Assembly (NCBI GenBank): GCA_951406725.2
Contig: OX597819.1
Span: 100,936,001-101,000,000, forward strand
Source: Octopus vulgaris
Taxonomy: Eukaryota
Direction of reading: 5' to 3'
DNA: 64,000 nt
A program made the translations under genes and the position numbers. Position 1 is the first letter of the stretch. Every line of letters starts with the position of its first letter. The notes beneath the pieces were generated by a model. The model was not told the DNA's origin and did no database searches. It worked only from the letters and a program-made list of their open reading frames with translations. Shown in pieces: positions 23,040-39,249 of the stretch.

Positions 23040-25734
23040 GCACGTATTTCAAAAATAGGTTCAGTATTGTAGCAGTCATGGTGTTTCAAATAGCTTTCAT
23101 ATGCTTTTGAATGAAAAAAGTGTAAGTTTTAAGAATTTAAGCTTTAAACAAGGAATTTGAAGCGTTTTAAGTTAATCTGAATCTAAGAAGAAAAACTAGC
23201 TTACTGTTTGAATTTGCCTGTTAAAGTGTTGTGTTCTTGAACAAAACACTCCCTCTCACCTTGTTTTGCGATCACTTCTACATCTGATGTGTGATATAGC
23301 ATGAATCTGTTCCCGCAACATAGATTTGATGGAGGGACAGCGATAATGTACAGCGCATACGTTTGAACAGTATAAACCAATCAGTCGCTCAGGTCTTTCG
23401 GCAAGAGCTGATCACTCATACATCGTCTCTAACGGGAAAAATCTATCATCATCTTCATCATCATCATCGTCGTCGTCGTCATAATCATCATGATTACCAC
23501 CACTATCACCATCATCATAATCATATCATAATGTTATTTTCTTTGTTGATATTACTGCAGGGTTTACTTCTTTCTTCCTCTGTTTGCGCTGTTTATAACT
23601 TTCAATGAGCAGGTTTCGCAGAATTCCTCTTAGAAAATATTTATATTATTTTATAAAAAAAATCATTTTTGCTGTAAATACTACTTTGTTTGAATTATCT
23701 ATTTTTGTTTGTTTAACATGGCTACCGATGAAACTGGCAAGAAAGGCTAGCGTCTAGTAAACACGAACAGTTTTATGTACTAATGAAATAGCAATTAAAA
23801 ATAGAAACGACAACTGTATAAATACATTTATAAAGATCCATTTTTTTTTTTACCAAACGAAAATGAGAACTTACATGGCATTAACAGGAGCTTCAACAAT
23901 GGCTTGAACAAAATATTTCAACTTGTTCTTAGAGTTGCAAGACAAACAAAATTTCTGGAAACCATTCCACTCTAGACAAAGGAAAAAACGTGTAAGATGT
24001 ATGAGCAATGATATAGGAAGAATTGATCCTTGCCTTAAGAATTTATTGGCGGAAGGATAAAAAGCAAGGTAGTAATGTTTAAAGAAAAAACAGAGGAGCT
24101 TTCATATGATTTGGATGAAATCTTGTGTGGGGGCTCTTCTGCACAGTTGGCTAAGATAAGACATATGGAACGTATGAAATGATGTCCTTTGTCTTTACGA
24201 TGGTGTGGAGCTGCAGTGACTGGCCTAGTTTTAACCCGGAGAAAAACACGTTGTTCATGACCGGAGCTTTTCTTATTCGCGTTAACTAGCGAAGTCTCGT
24301 CACTCATGTGACATAGCAGGTGACGCAGAAGTAATGGGTAGGGATATATGTGGATATCCATTATTTAGTGGATCGCATGGGCCACTGATCGATAACAGAA
24401 ATTTAATCCACTGACAGAACGAAATTGGACGTTAGAGAGTTGGCACAGGATAGAAAGACATTTATGGTAGTAAAAATCACTTGAGATCCTTCAGAAGACG
24501 AAGTAAAAATGATAACAGTGTTCAGCAGACAGCATCAGTAACAATAGCAGTGACTAAGAACAAGATATCAGCAGTAGACCTCATGGGCGGAATCCATGGC
24601 TGCCGCTACAGTAGCAGTCGAGGTTCTGGGAATGGCCGCACCAGAAGCCAGATAAATTGACTCATTTAGCAACATTAATAACTGACAAATGAAGAGATAC
24701 CAATATTCTACCCGCAGGTACATAATCAGAGGCTAAGAGTACTACATCATACGGTGACGGAAAGCAAAAACAGAAGAGAAAAGTAGGAAATCAAGTAAAG
24801 AAGTGAAATAGGACAAAATGTCTGGGTATGATCCAAGAAGAATTACAAGCAAGATATTGGACGTCTTGCTCAAAGAGACACCCACTCCCCGAGAAAACAT
24901 AACTGTAATTGAACTTCGAAAGCACAAATCTAAATTAAATGGATTAATGCTGAATCTAAAAGGAGATTAATCAAATTGTTTCTTGTGATAAGATCGATGC
25001 CGGGAACAAGGCACCCTTGATGAGTGATGGCTGAGAAACACAACAAGCCATCTATCAACCACTGAAATAACACGACCTAATGGGTCTTGAGCTGTACAAG
25101 AATTGGTAAACTTGCTAAGATTCAATGGGAGAATAATCAAAGTGAAACTTAATGAGAGTGTATGGCTGCTCTTCAACAATTGAGGCGGTCAACTTCTCAT
25201 CTTCTATAAGTAAAGCAGTTATTGTATTTGATTTGTGTACCAGATTCTTAACTTGATTTAAAGCGAGTATTATACGTTCGCTTCACCTACGGTGTTTTGT
25301 GGCCAATGAAACAGTTTTTAAAAATATTGCGATACTTCACTGTATCACTAAACGCTCAGAGATCCATAACAGGCATGTGCTGCATTTAAAAAATTTATTT
25401 TAGGGATCTGAATCTGTGCCTATATACTACATTACATTAAGCGTGTTTCTGGGGCGGCTTCTGTTATATAGAAGATGTGTAATGTGAGTTGCATTATTTC
25501 GTTGCATTGTGATTATCTCTCTTATGTACGGCCACACTGTGCCAAAACATTACTTTAGCGAGTCGAAGTCTAAGATTGTGGTGTGTGCTTTGTGCTAAGT
25601 TAACGGGTTACAGCTGTGTACAATGTGTGTTATGCGATTTCCCAATGTCATAGTGCTGGGTTTTGTTATTATTATTATAACTAATACTATTTTTATTAAA
25701 AGTAAGAAAACTAATATTATTATCACTATTTTCG

Positions 25735-25737
25735 TCC

Positions 25738-25836
<99 letters not shown>

Positions 25837-25870
25837 CATTGTTGTTGTTGTTGTTGTTTTTGTTATTATT
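25735..25870. repeat. (TTA)n/(TTG)n microsatellite
   Basis: Direct reading. Confidence 0.95.
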
Positions 25871-26057
25871 ACTCACAAGGCTGTGGATATGCACAAACAT
25901 TAACTCGAAGCATAACGATTAAATCGACTGAGCACATCCCTTAAAATTTTGTGACGATGTGGTAAAAACAGAGATCACCATTATAGTTATCACATCGCTA
26001 TGTCACTTGTGGTATGATATATTGATCCTCATGTACTTATATCGGATAATTTACTCT

Positions 26058-26111
<54 letters not shown>

Positions 26112-27105
26112 CACATACACACAGGCACAAACACCAACACGCGCACATGTATACTCACGCATACATATATGGTTATTACGAGAGGAGAAAGAAGCACCCA
26201 CACAGGCACACACGCATTTATAAATATATATACATATCAAATGTATATGCGAATGACGTGTGTGTGTATATATGCATGCATGTGTATATATATATATGTA
26301 TATTTAATCTGTGAGTTGATATATACACACATATATGTATACACATATGCACACGCGCACACACACGAAGATATATATCTGTAAACACACACACACACAC
26401 ACACCACTCACCTATATATAGTTAGATAGATTGATAAGTACATATATATGTGAACATATATTTATTCACGCTTGCACACAATATATGTATATAGATGTGT
26501 ATACATGTATCTATATGTAAATATCTTAGTATAAGAGTTGATAATATAATTATCAAATGATATATATGGAAACGTCTGTGTGTGTATATACATATATGTA
26601 TGTATGATAATGTAAATATTATATACACATTCGCACACATACATACACACACACTTAAACACACATAAGCATATACACACACACATTACAGGAATAAGTG
26701 ATTGTTGCTCCGTCGATATCGACGATGTGTATTACATTTATCCAATCAGCTCAAATTCTTTTGATACTGAATAATACAGTTAATGGTTGAGTATTCCGTA
26801 GTCACTTCTATGCTGAAAATAAAAGGTAGGGCTTATCTGTGCATAGATGAAGTTTGAGAAACGCAATTATTGGTAAATTTAATGATTCTGTCTTTTACAC
26901 CATCCGATCATAATATTTGGGGTGACCTTAGTCGACGATCAGAGAAACTTGCCCAAGATACAACGAGTTTTAATCGAACAGGAATCACCAGGAATGAAAA
27001 AAGGATTTCTAAACAATATTTGATGCTTACACTCACATACATAAATGCATGTGCGTGTGTGAGCGTGCACGCTCAGAAACAATATGTATGCGATTATGTA
27101 CCGTG

Positions 27106-27196
<91 letters not shown>

Positions 27197-27338
27197 ACTA
27201 TCTATCTATCTATCTTTCTATCTATCAATCTATGTATGTATGTATGTATGCATGTATCTATCTATCTATCTACCTACATATCTATCTATCTACCTATGTA
27301 TGTATATATCTAACTATCTCTGAGTGTTTGTCTGCCTG

Positions 27339-27370
<32 letters not shown>

Positions 27371-27560
27371 CAACTGTGCATGTGCGTATATACATACGTG
27401 CATAAATATAATATATAATATTATGAATACGCGCGAGCAAACACACATACACGCACACATATATACATTAATAAAGAATGTGATGGAAAGAGACATACAC
27501 GTAATGTTATGTATAACTGCACATATAAATACGTAAATACATAAATGTATCCATAAGCGC

Positions 27561-27615
<55 letters not shown>

Positions 27616-28144
27616 CATATACATATGTGCATATATAAATATGAACACGCACATACGCACAAACTATAAAGTACGCCTACTATTAAAAAAGAGGCAAAAC
27701 AGCACTTCATGGTTGGTATATTTCCAATATGAAACTTCTAAGACATTACATCGCATATTGATCGTCATTTTGGAAATTCTATGCATGAATGAAACTAGAC
27801 GGTTGGTTGGTTGACACGAGAGTTTTTGATCACATCTTGTGAAGACATAATATAGATATAATATTCAGAATAGACAGGAGACTGTATCTATGGCAAAATG
27901 TTTACTGATGTGTAGAGAAAAATTTCGTTTTAACCAACAATATTTCCCGATAGATCGTGTGCGACGGTGTGGTATGGCATGGCATTGCATGGAAAGGAAT
28001 GGTATTGGATGAGGAGAAGAGGTGTGAAGGGAAAAACGGTAGGGTGGGAGGGTTGGGCAAAGGAGGTGGGGTGGTCTCTCTAACGAAATATATATGAAGA
28101 GCAAGAATATGAAACAACAAATATAGCAACGGCAATATTATTTG

Positions 28145-28339
28145 CAATAATAATAATAATGATAATAATAATAATAATAATAATCATCATGATAATAATA
28201 TTAATAATAATAATAATAATAATAACAACAATTACAATCATGGTAATAATAACAAAGATAATAATAATAACAATGTTAGTAATATTGGCAAATATAATGG
28301 TAAATAATAACAATAATATTTTATGGTAAAAGCAATTAC

Positions 28340-28411
<72 letters not shown>

Positions 28412-28850
28412 AATAATGCTTTCTGTATTTGCCGCAAGTTCGACATTAAGGGGTCTGAGAAGATTGAGAGGAAACGAAGAAGAAAAAGAAGGAGAGGAGG
28501 AAGAAACAGAAAAACTGAAAAGAAGAACGAAAAGAAGAAGAAGAAGAAGAAGAAGAAGAAGAAGAAGAAGAAGAGGAAGAGGAAGAGGAAGAAGAAGAAG
28601 AAGAAGAAGAAGAAGAAGAAGAAAAAGAAGGAAGAAGAAGAAGGGGATGAAGAAAAAGAAGAAGAAGGAGGAGAAGAATAGGAAGAAAAATAGGAAGAAG
28701 AGAATGAATAGAAGAAGACGAAGAAGAAAAAGAAGAAGAAAGAAAAGAAAAAGAAGAATCAGAAGAAGGAAGAGAAAAGAAAAAGAATAAAAAGTGCAAG
28801 TCAGCGTTGGCGTCGTAGTAGTTGTAGTAGTAGTAGTAGTAGTAGTAGTA
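28145..28850. repeat. Compound (TAA)n / (GAA)n / (GTA)n low-complexity tract
   Basis: Direct reading. It accounts for the poly-I, poly-R and poly-S ORFs. Confidence 0.95.
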
Positions 28851-29462
28851 GTTGAAGAGAACGAAGGAGAAGAAAAGTGTAAGGAGAAACATGGAAGAAC
28901 GAAAACAAGAATAAATATGAAGAAAAAGAAACGAAAATAAAAAAAATGAAGATCATAACCATATAAGAAGAAAATAACGACACATAAAAAGTACATAAAT
29001 ATTAAAAAAAGATAGGTATCACGAAAACATAACAAATATATAAAAAATATAGATAAAAAAAAGCGCTACATTGTCGAATGCTTTCAAATATGCATATTGG
29101 CTGTGAAATGAAAGATAGTTATATGTAGTTTTGAAGTATATATGTCAAGTGATAGCATCCATCCGTTTAGTTCCTTTCGAGTCTTTTTGCCAGCTTATAT
29201 GGGCAACAATATGAAGACAATTTTTCTCCCTATCTATTTCTTTGTCTTCATACATACACGCACGCACACACATAGACGCACACACACAAATACACACTAC
29301 ACACACACATATTTATATATACATACATGTATGTATATATATATATATGTATATATACATATATTATAAATATATATACATATATTATAAATATATATAC
29401 ATAGAAATTCATACACATGTGTATATACATACGTACATATATGTATGTATATATGTATATAC

Positions 29463-29541
<79 letters not shown>

Positions 29542-29768
29542 TATATACATGTGTATATACATATATATATATATATGTATATAAATATATATATATGTAT
29601 ATATACATACACACATATATATATATACATATATATATGAATATATATATTAACACTTAGCATATGCGTGGACAGACACACTCATATATATGCATAAATG
29701 TCTATACACGTGTATATCTGTCTACATTTACGTATGTATGTATGATATACATATATATATAAACACAC

Positions 29769-29809
<41 letters not shown>

Positions 29810-30113
29810 CTAATATCACTCTTGAGCTCCATAACAACACATATGTCTTTACCTATCACTAACTATTTATAAATCTGTTTTTATGTGTATTTCATCATCA
29901 AAACCCCTAAGTGTATGCGTGCGCTAGGAGATTGTATTTATGAAAAAGATATATTGCTTTTCGATCGACACAGCTTCTCATAAACGCGTGCACATATTCC
30001 AACACGTTCATATACAAATGTATTATCATACATTCACTTACACACAAATTCCTGCACTCATACATACATAAAAAAAAATGATAACATAAAAGAATCACTA
30101 TCACGCAGCATCA

Positions 30114-30183
<70 letters not shown>

Positions 30184-30349
30184 TATTTATGAACAGTTAT
30201 AGCTGAATGGCTGCTTATAGTATTATAATCACGTATATTCATGCGAGTGTGTGTGTGTGTGTAAATGTATGCATGTGTATATGTATATATATGTATATAC
30301 ATACATAAAAATATAGATATATATGTATATAAGCATATATCCATAGATA

Positions 30350-30427
<78 letters not shown>

Positions 30428-30677
30428 TGTATGTATGTATGTGTATATGTAAAGAGTGTGTGTGTGAGAGAGAGAGAGAGAGAGTGCAAGAGAGAGACAA
30501 GATATATATCTGAGTGTTAGTGCTATTATATGTGTCTCTATCTAGTCTCGCTCACTCTCTCTCTCTCTCTCTCGCTCTCTTCCTTTGTATATACATACTT
30601 AGACACACACACACATACACACTCACACATATATATGTATATAAAAATTTAGCTGTGCGCCAGTGTGTGTTTGTGCT

Positions 30678-30716
<39 letters not shown>

Positions 30717-30895
30717 CAAAAGACAGTAGGACAGACTGGCAGAGATATACGTACAGAGAGAGACAGCCAGACAGCCAGGCAGACAGACAGAATTACAGAC
30801 AGACAGTAGACAGACAGAGACATAGATAGATTGATAGATAGATAGATATCATTGTATATATACATATATGTTTGCGTTTCTTCGTTGGAGTCTGT

Positions 30896-30943
<48 letters not shown>

Positions 30944-31100
30944 CATAATCTGCCTGCTTATAGATTTGCATTTGTATGCGTGTGGTGTGCATATGTCTGT
31001 GTGTAATAATCGAAATATTCAGTCCCATATAATAGTATTTGCGTTATTGCATAAAAATTTGTTACACACCTATCTATAAATATACGAACATATAATCACG

Positions 31101-31155
<55 letters not shown>

Positions 31156-31282
31156 CTATATATACTCACACGCTCACACACATAATATAAACACACACAT
31201 ACATATATATATACAAACGTATATTCAACGATAGATATATTTTTATATTTACAAATGTCCATATATTCATGCATGCAGATAC

Positions 31283-31354
<72 letters not shown>

Positions 31355-31355
31355 G

Positions 31356-31440
<85 letters not shown>

Positions 31441-31598
31441 TCATTTATCTATCTATCTATTTATCTATCTAGTTATATATCCTTATATCTGTCTGTCTGT
31501 CTATCTCCTTATCTATATAAGCTTATTTAAAAATACCATTATTATTATTTACAGCATTGTAAAACACGGCAACGTATAAAGAACCATTCGCACCGAAA

Positions 31599-31634
<36 letters not shown>

Positions 31635-31737
31635 CTTACATACATATATATGCAAATGTATATGTATATATAGACGAAATTATAAATCATGATATATACA
31701 TATATATATATATGCATATATACATGAAATCATACAT

Positions 31738-31827
<90 letters not shown>

Positions 31828-32204
31828 CTACACGTGCATATAGCTATATATCTTCTTCTGTTTCCTGTCCTTCAAGGATCCAGTTACAGAAAATCTGTCA
31901 AATGTTTAATTGATCGTGCTACATCAAGGCGACTTGGCCTATCCGTGAGGATATAGCTAGAATGATATAGAATTATGGCAGCAGCTCTAAATGTCTGTGA
32001 TTATGATGAGATGATGCTGGTTTCGCTGGTGGAGAAATGTTCTTGCAATCGTGGTGCTGGTGGCTGTGATTCCGTCGCTGATGGCGATGTGAGTGTTGGC
32101 GGAGTTGTTTATGGAAGTGATGGTGGCTCACTCAGTTCTGGTTGTTTTGCCATTGGAGAAGACGTCGACAACTGCGCTGCTGCTCCTGCTGCTGCTTCTG
32201 CTGT

Positions 32205-32300
32205 TGATGATGGTGATGATGTCGATAATGATGATGATGGCGATGATGATGATGATGGTGATGATAATGATGTAGATAATCATGATGATGATGATGATGA

Positions 32301-32331
<31 letters not shown>

Positions 32332-32396
32332 AATCATGATGATGACAATCATGATGATGATTATGATGTAGATAATCATGATGATGATGATGATGA

Positions 32397-32427
<31 letters not shown>

Positions 32428-32550
32428 AATCATGATGATGATGATGATTAGGATGATGATGATGATGATGACGAAGATGATGATGATGATGGTGATGATG
32501 ATCCGGAGGATGCTGATGATGATGTTTTTAAAAAGATGTTGATGATGAAA
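32205..32550. repeat. (GAT)n tract containing a 96-bp tandem duplication
   Basis: GATGTAGATAATCATGATG... starts at both 32269 and 32365. Confidence 0.9.
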
Positions 32551-32870
32551 TCAACGACATCCCAGGACTGCATGTATGAGGGCATCGACGACAACGACTA
32601 TTATGATTATAGCAGTGGTGTGGTGATAGTGTTGTGTTGGTAGTGGTGTTTGCGGTGCTGATGGTGTTTTTTGTCCTGTTGGTGTTGGTGTTGTTGGTGG
32701 TACTGACAGTGTTGTTGATAACAGTGGTGATGGTTGTTGCTCTACAGTTTTGCTGTATGCAAGAGTACTGATTATACGTATCATCCCACCCCAACGCTGT
32801 TGCTGCTGGTGCAGTTTCTGGTGTTACTGGTGACGACGATGTACATTAATTATTATTATTATTATTATTA

Positions 32871-32960
<90 letters not shown>

Positions 32961-33260
32961 GCTGTTATCATTATCATATTGACGTCAGCGATGATGACGT
33001 TAATGATGAGAATTTGCAAATGTGAATGATATACAGTATTAACGTAGCCATGTTCTTTTCAGTGTCTTTTTGCTTTTTTTACTTTTTCACCTTTTCTCTA
33101 TTTTCTACTTGTATTCTGTATTATAATTTGTGTTGAGAATTGCCGTCTTGGTTTGTTTTGTTACCGTCGGTTTTTCCAATTGTGGTGATTTGGTGCATTG
33201 TTGCTTGTTGTTATTGTTGTTATTGCCCCTCTTAATATTGGTTGTGCTATTGTTTTACGG

Positions 33261-33495
33261 GTGGAGGCGCACGGCTTAGTGGTTAGGGTGTCAATATCAT
33301 GATCGTAAGATTGTGGTTTCAAATCATGGACCAGGCGACGCGTTGTTTTCTTGAGCAAAACATTTAATTTCACGTTGCTCCAGTCCACTCAGCTGGCAAA
33401 ACTGAGTAACGCTCTGATGGACTGGGGAACAGATACGCCATTGAAAACAGGAAACCGGACCCATGAACCTGGCTAGGCTTTAACAGGGCGCATTT
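33261..33495 (+). mobile_element. tRNA-derived SINE
   Basis: Head GTGGAGGCGCACGGCTTAGTGGTTAGGG, B-box-like GGTTTCAAATC, then CTTGAGCAAAAC...CCACTCAGCTG. Confidence 0.7.
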
Positions 33496-35150
33496 ATTTC
33501 TTATTTTATTGTTTTACAGTTATATTCTAGACTTCTGCATGTTTACAATCTATCTCAAAATACACAGTGTTCCACTAAGTCTTACAGCAGACGAGGAGTG
33601 GCTTGTTATCCGCATAGTAGATTTCATGTTGATAGTGTGGGATAGTGACCATTCAACGCAGGATAGAAAAATCAAGCAGCGTTTCGATGCTGTGTGAGTA
33701 TATGTGTGTATGTGTGTGCGAGTACAAGGGAAGTGTGTGAATGTTTGTATGATCGTTCTTTCAGTAACAAAAGATCATCGATGTCACATCTCAAAAGGCA
33801 ACCACTAGATAACATAGACAAGTGTATTAATTTGATTTACCATCCGGTAAATTTGTCACGGCTAGCTTTAGATGGCCTTAAGTCTTAGAAGGAAGGAAAT
33901 CTTCATATTTTTGTTCTAGGAAACAAGCAGTCTAGGGATGTTAGCTGGTAATAAAAGAACTATTTAAGTAAAAACTTGTTTTTGTACCTTATTTATATAT
34001 AAGATACTCCAATTAGCCGTCTGTTTTCACGGCACAAGGCAAGCTAGTCTTATAATAATTCTGCTTGTCTTTGAGTTACTTAGCCCATCGGTAACATTTT
34101 CACGTGATTACCGGAAAAGAGAGAAAGAAAAGAGGGAGAGAGACGCATCCATGGTACAAGGTAGAGGGAATGTAGTTGTAAAGTTTTCAAGGGATTAGTT
34201 GAAGGAAAAGAGACTAGAAAGAAAAAGGATGGAGAAAAAGAGGATGAGGCAAAAAGTGCGACTGAAAGTGAGAGTATGAAAAACAGAGAGAAAAGAGAGA
34301 GAGAGAGAGAGAAGCGTCCATAACGTAGGAGGGAAACGTAATAATTTTAGAAGAAGGGGTGATGTTCTGATGGTGAGGTTAAAGAAAGACAGAGAGAGAG
34401 GGGACGGAGAGAGAGCGAGGAGAGAGTGAAAGAGAGGAGGGAGAGAGAGAGATGATGATGACAGTGGTGGTGGTGGTAGTGGTGATGAGATAGTGTAAAA
34501 TATATTTCTTTTTATTGAACTCAATTTTTATATCACCTGTCACATAATGCATGCGCATAAATGCAATTCTGTGAAGCATTCACGCTTATTTACGTGTAAG
34601 ATATATGCATTTCAACTAAAGGTTGTATCATATGTACAGGATCTTTTTTGTTTGGTTATTGGGGGAAATGGAAAAATAAGAGTGAATATTTATTTTATGA
34701 GCGCTGTGTAATAAGTCTAAAAATTATGCATAAAGTATATAAATTGTATATATTAAGTGCATTAACTAAACATCGTACCCCAGTTTCTTTCACTGTTCAA
34801 TGAGAAGACGTTGAGAGCGACTTCCTTTACGTACAGACACAACACAGGCTACGCTTTCAGGTTTTTGGAATAAAGTTTCCAGAAATAACCCAATAGGTTT
34901 ACTAGTAATTCCGTGAGATATCACGGGGCCCACTGGTTTTAATTACATTGTGTGTTTAAGGTATGTAACGTCTCTGAAAAAGGAAATGGGTGAACAACGC
35001 GGTTCATTTTGTCAAGCAATAACCAAGGAAATATATTTTAGAATGTATTGCTTTTCTTGTTTTCCTGTATTCAAAATGTATTATATGAGTCGTTATCATA
35101 TATATATATATATATATATACATTTATGTATATATGTATATATATATATA

Positions 35151-35540
35151 GGCGCAGGAGTGGGTGTGTGGTAAGTAGCTTGCTAACCAACCACATAGTT
35201 CCGGGTTCAGTCCCACTGCGTGGCATCTTGGGCAAGTGTCTTCTGCTATAGCCCCGGGCCGACAATGCCTTGTGAGTGGATTTGGTAGACGGGAACTGAA
35301 AGAAGCCTGTCGTATATATGTATATATATGTGTTTGTGTGTCTGTGTTTGTCCCCTAGCATTGCTTGACAACCGATGCTGGTGTGTTTACGTCCCCGTCA
35401 CTTAGCGGTTCGGCAAAAGAGACCGATAGAATAAGTACTGGGCTTACAAAGAATAAGACCCGGGGTCGATTTGCTCAACTAAAGGCGGTGCTCCAGCATG
35501 GCCGCAGTCAAATGACTGAAACAAGTAAAAGAGTGAAAGA
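35151..35540 (+). mobile_element. Full-length SINE family A (reference for the empty target site)
   Basis: GGCGCAGGAGTGGGTGTGTGGTAAGTAGCTTGCTAACCAACC, B-box GGTTCAGTCCC, CTTGGGCAAGTG core, central (TA)/(TG) tract, and tail GGCGGTGCTCCAGCATGGCCGCAGTCAAATGACTGAAACAAGTAAAAGA. Confidence 0.92.
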
Positions 35541-35558
35541 GTATATGTATGTATATGC

Positions 35559-35612
<54 letters not shown>

Positions 35613-36131
35613 ATATCCCGAGTATGTGATTCACAGATCCTGTGCAAGTATTTTCATTTCCCGTTTCATAATGTGTACAACTAAATACATTAAAAACTGT
35701 GTTTGAGCTCTCTCTTCCAGCTGTCAGGTTCTCAATGTGATACCCAAATCTGTCATTCAACAAAATCATCCACGGAAACTGAAATAAATTACACTCACTC
35801 CAAGGTACTACTTAATTATGGCAAGAACCGATAGCTATAAGAGATGCTAGATTAACAGAATAAAATAGAAAAACTATACACATACAGTATACAAGCACAT
35901 ATGATTATATCCTGTTGTTTTGAGTTTTTCTGTCCAGTTATAAATTGATACTCCGTCGGGTGCGACGACGAGAATTCCGGTTGATCCGATCAACGAAACA
36001 GCCTCCTCGTGAAATTACTGTGCAAATCGCTGAGCGCTCCACCGACGTGTAACAATTACATGGTTTTCAGAGAGATTCAGCGTGTCAGAGAATGGGACAA
36101 AGCTGGCCCTTTTGAAATGCAAGTGTTTTAA

Positions 36132-36470
36132 TATTGGGTTGTCCGGAAAATTCGTACCGATTTTTAAAGGAAAGAAAAAGGTCAATAAATACTTGCCATT
36201 ACATTTTTAATCAACCAAATATGAGCCATTTTGTTGCACAACGTGTCTCCTTCTTTCCTTTAAATTGAAAATTCCCACTTCTCTGAATTGAGGTGGTTTC
36301 ATGGCAAAGAATTCATCAAGGTATCTTTTTACGTCATCCAAAGAATTGAAATTTTTATCATCAAGACTATTCTGCAGAGACCTGAATAAGTGGAAATCCG
36401 AAGGAACAATATCTGATGAATATGGAGGGTGGGGTAACACATCCCAGCCGAGCTGCAGCAAATCGAGAGC
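36132..36470 (-). mobile_element. Mariner transposase C-terminal fragment with terminal sequence
   Basis: LGWDVLPHPPYSSDIVPSDFHLFRSLQNSL matches the mariner HPPYSPDLAPSD motif. A TIR-like end TATTGGGTTGTCCGGAAA lies at 36132. Confidence 0.9.
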
Positions 36471-37398
36471 CAAATCAAGACCACCTGTTAGGCGATCACA
36501 CCTAATTGATCATAATTCAGTTAAAACATTGCCAAATCATCTGCAAAATGAATGGGTTAAATAATGCGATCTTGGAGAATAGATTAAAGAAAGACGAGAT
36601 GATCACTGTTGAAAAGGATTTTATCCTTAGACACTCTACTCAGAGCAGGCCTGATGGCCTGATGACAACTTAGACTTGAGGTAGAGTTAGTGATTCACAG
36701 TAACACTGATGAAACAGAGTCTTCATATAAGAGGTATCTCCCTCTAACAAGCATTCGCACAATTTCAGTATGCCCAGTTTCATTTGAAACATTGAGTAGA
36801 CAGTCTACACAATAATCGTAGATCACGATTGAAACCTGGCAACCCCTGACTGAGAAGCAAATTACTGGGCCAATAGGCCATTGGCAGTTTTTTTGAAATG
36901 CCTGTATAAACATTGAGTAATAAACTGTGTGTATCTCGCCCCTTAAAATCTGAAATAAAAGCGTTTACCATTTCGTCATTCTTACAGTTCAGCTTTATAG
37001 ATTTTCGCTACATATGAATTCGTAATGACACAATGAAAAGTAGGCAGATACACACATGCATAGACACACTCAGCTACACACACAAGCGCACACACACGCA
37101 CACATGTGCGCACACACATGTGCGCACACACATGCAAACACATGTACTCAGATGCGCACACATGCACAATGACTTACAGACAGAAAGACGCACAAAATAC
37201 ATCTACTTATTTATTTATCTACTCTGTCTTTCTATTTCTCTCTCTTTTTCACTATAGATGCATAGAAAAATTAAAACTTACACACACCGACAGAGGCAGA
37301 CACACATATACACATGCATATTTATCTTTATCTCTATATGCAAATATACATATATGCATATGTATGTAATTATATACATATGTGTATATATAAAGACG

Positions 37399-37473
<75 letters not shown>

Positions 37474-37501
37474 ATGTGTGTTTGTATATATATATACACT
37501 A

Positions 37502-37532
<31 letters not shown>

Positions 37533-38991
37533 TAAAGTGAGACAGAGGGAGAGATTGGAATGCGTCAGGCAACCAGACATGTCTTTTAGTGTCTTCCAGT
37601 TACTTCTCCATAAAGTGTGCATTTATGAGGTTTTATTTTATGTTTATTTTGTGTTCAAAGTGTATATTTTGTCTCATTGTTTAATTATGTATTTGATTTT
37701 TATTTCCTCTTTCAGTCGTATCATTGAGAACTGAGAAGTGAATGGTGGAGTAATTGATGTCGACAACTGAAAATTACAAAGAGAAGCGGTGGCGGATTTG
37801 AAACTGCTGTAAAAGTTTGATGAGGAAATCAGTGTTTAGGAACCAGCGTAATTGTATTTACACAACTCGAGGTTTGCGTATATGAGATCGAATTTTTGAA
37901 GTGTATCTGGGTTCACATATTAGATGTGTACAATATGTCAGAGAGAAATCTGTAGAAAGAAACAAGAGAGAGTTACTGTTGTGAGCGAAAGAGTTTTGTT
38001 AATGATAGACAATACTGAATGCATAGAAAAGTATTGTATTTTGAAAGACTGTTCCTAATAACAATGCATGTGACTTAGAAGAAGACTTAGCAATGAACTT
38101 TGCCATAAAATATTTGCATAGTGAGTTTTGATGACCGTCTAGATTTGATCCCATAAATGGGCAAGTCTAGAATATATAACTTGTAAGACTTCACTTAGTT
38201 AACGTAACTTAAATGCTATATCGCCATTGACGTTGTCCTTTTAAAGTCGGCGATGCTAGCAAATAAGAAATGCTTTCCTAGGGGTTAGCAGAAGAAGAAA
38301 ATTGTTTAAGATTGTTGGGGATTTTGTGTTAATGACTAAAAATGAATATTTCAACGGAAAAGTTGATTTTATGCTATAAAAAGAAAGCCTTAAAAATACA
38401 ATGTTGATGTTTATAGCTGTTGTCGTATTTGCTACGATTTATTAGAGATTGCATCTGGTCTCATAGATCGTTTACTGTAAATTCGCAAAGAGTTAGTTCA
38501 TAGTTTATATTGTCTTGCTGCTTCTTTGTTGCGTCAATGGTTAAACGATATGACATCAGTTGATCAAAGTGAGTTGCTTCAGCTGTGGCATTCATCCTGC
38601 TTTCAATTTCAATACACAATACAATTACTAAGTATGTACTACTACAACAATGTGCTGAACAATATATTCTGGATATAATTTAGAAGGTGGACACTGTACA
38701 GTTGCCCGTTGTATATACATATACAAAAAGGCACACACACGCACACACAGGTAGAGGTGTGTATTTGAATGTGTGCATGTGCATATGCATGTGTTGTGTG
38801 TGCGTATGTGCATGTGTGTATGTGTGTGAAGAGTGTATATTTTAATTGTGTATATATGACTGCGTTACTTCATGACGCTGTGTTTTAGGAACAATGGTAA
38901 GTTTCGATTTGAAAAGAGATTTGAAATATTTCTATCAGACTGAGAGACTGCGAGGATTTTCATCTCGTTGCTTCGCTACATTATATGTATG

Positions 38992-39049
<58 letters not shown>

Positions 39050-39134
39050 ATGTGTATATGTATTTTTGTATATATATATATATACATATGTATATATATA
39101 TGTATGTAAATATATATCTGCATATATCTCTATC

Positions 39135-39221
<87 letters not shown>

Positions 39222-39249
39222 GGATAGATGTATTTATATATATATAGTT

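Noticed and set aside
28415-28470. Minus-strand splice acceptor (TCTTCTCAG|ACCCC)
   Set aside because: The pyrimidine tract is part of the (TTC)n repeat and there is no plausible donor before the (ATT)n tract.
28238-29035. Long poly-Leu/Arg/Ser ORFs
   Set aside because: These are translations of (GAA)n/(TAA)n tracts.
31975-32451. 158-aa Asp-rich ORF (biomineralisation-like acidic protein)
   Set aside because: Explained by a (GAT)n microsatellite that continues past the stop. There is no signal peptide or domain.
35151-35225. tRNA gene
   Set aside because: A and B boxes are present but there is no proper cloverleaf. It is the head of a multicopy SINE, as is 54290-54360.
36695-36913. Ankyrin-like GHTEIVRMLV motif on the minus strand
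   Set aside because: It is a single short match without the preceding TPLH motif, repeats or splice support.
37550-38600. Possible decayed Penelope-like body on the minus strand
   Set aside because: No diagnostic RT or GIY-YIG motif could be read confidently.
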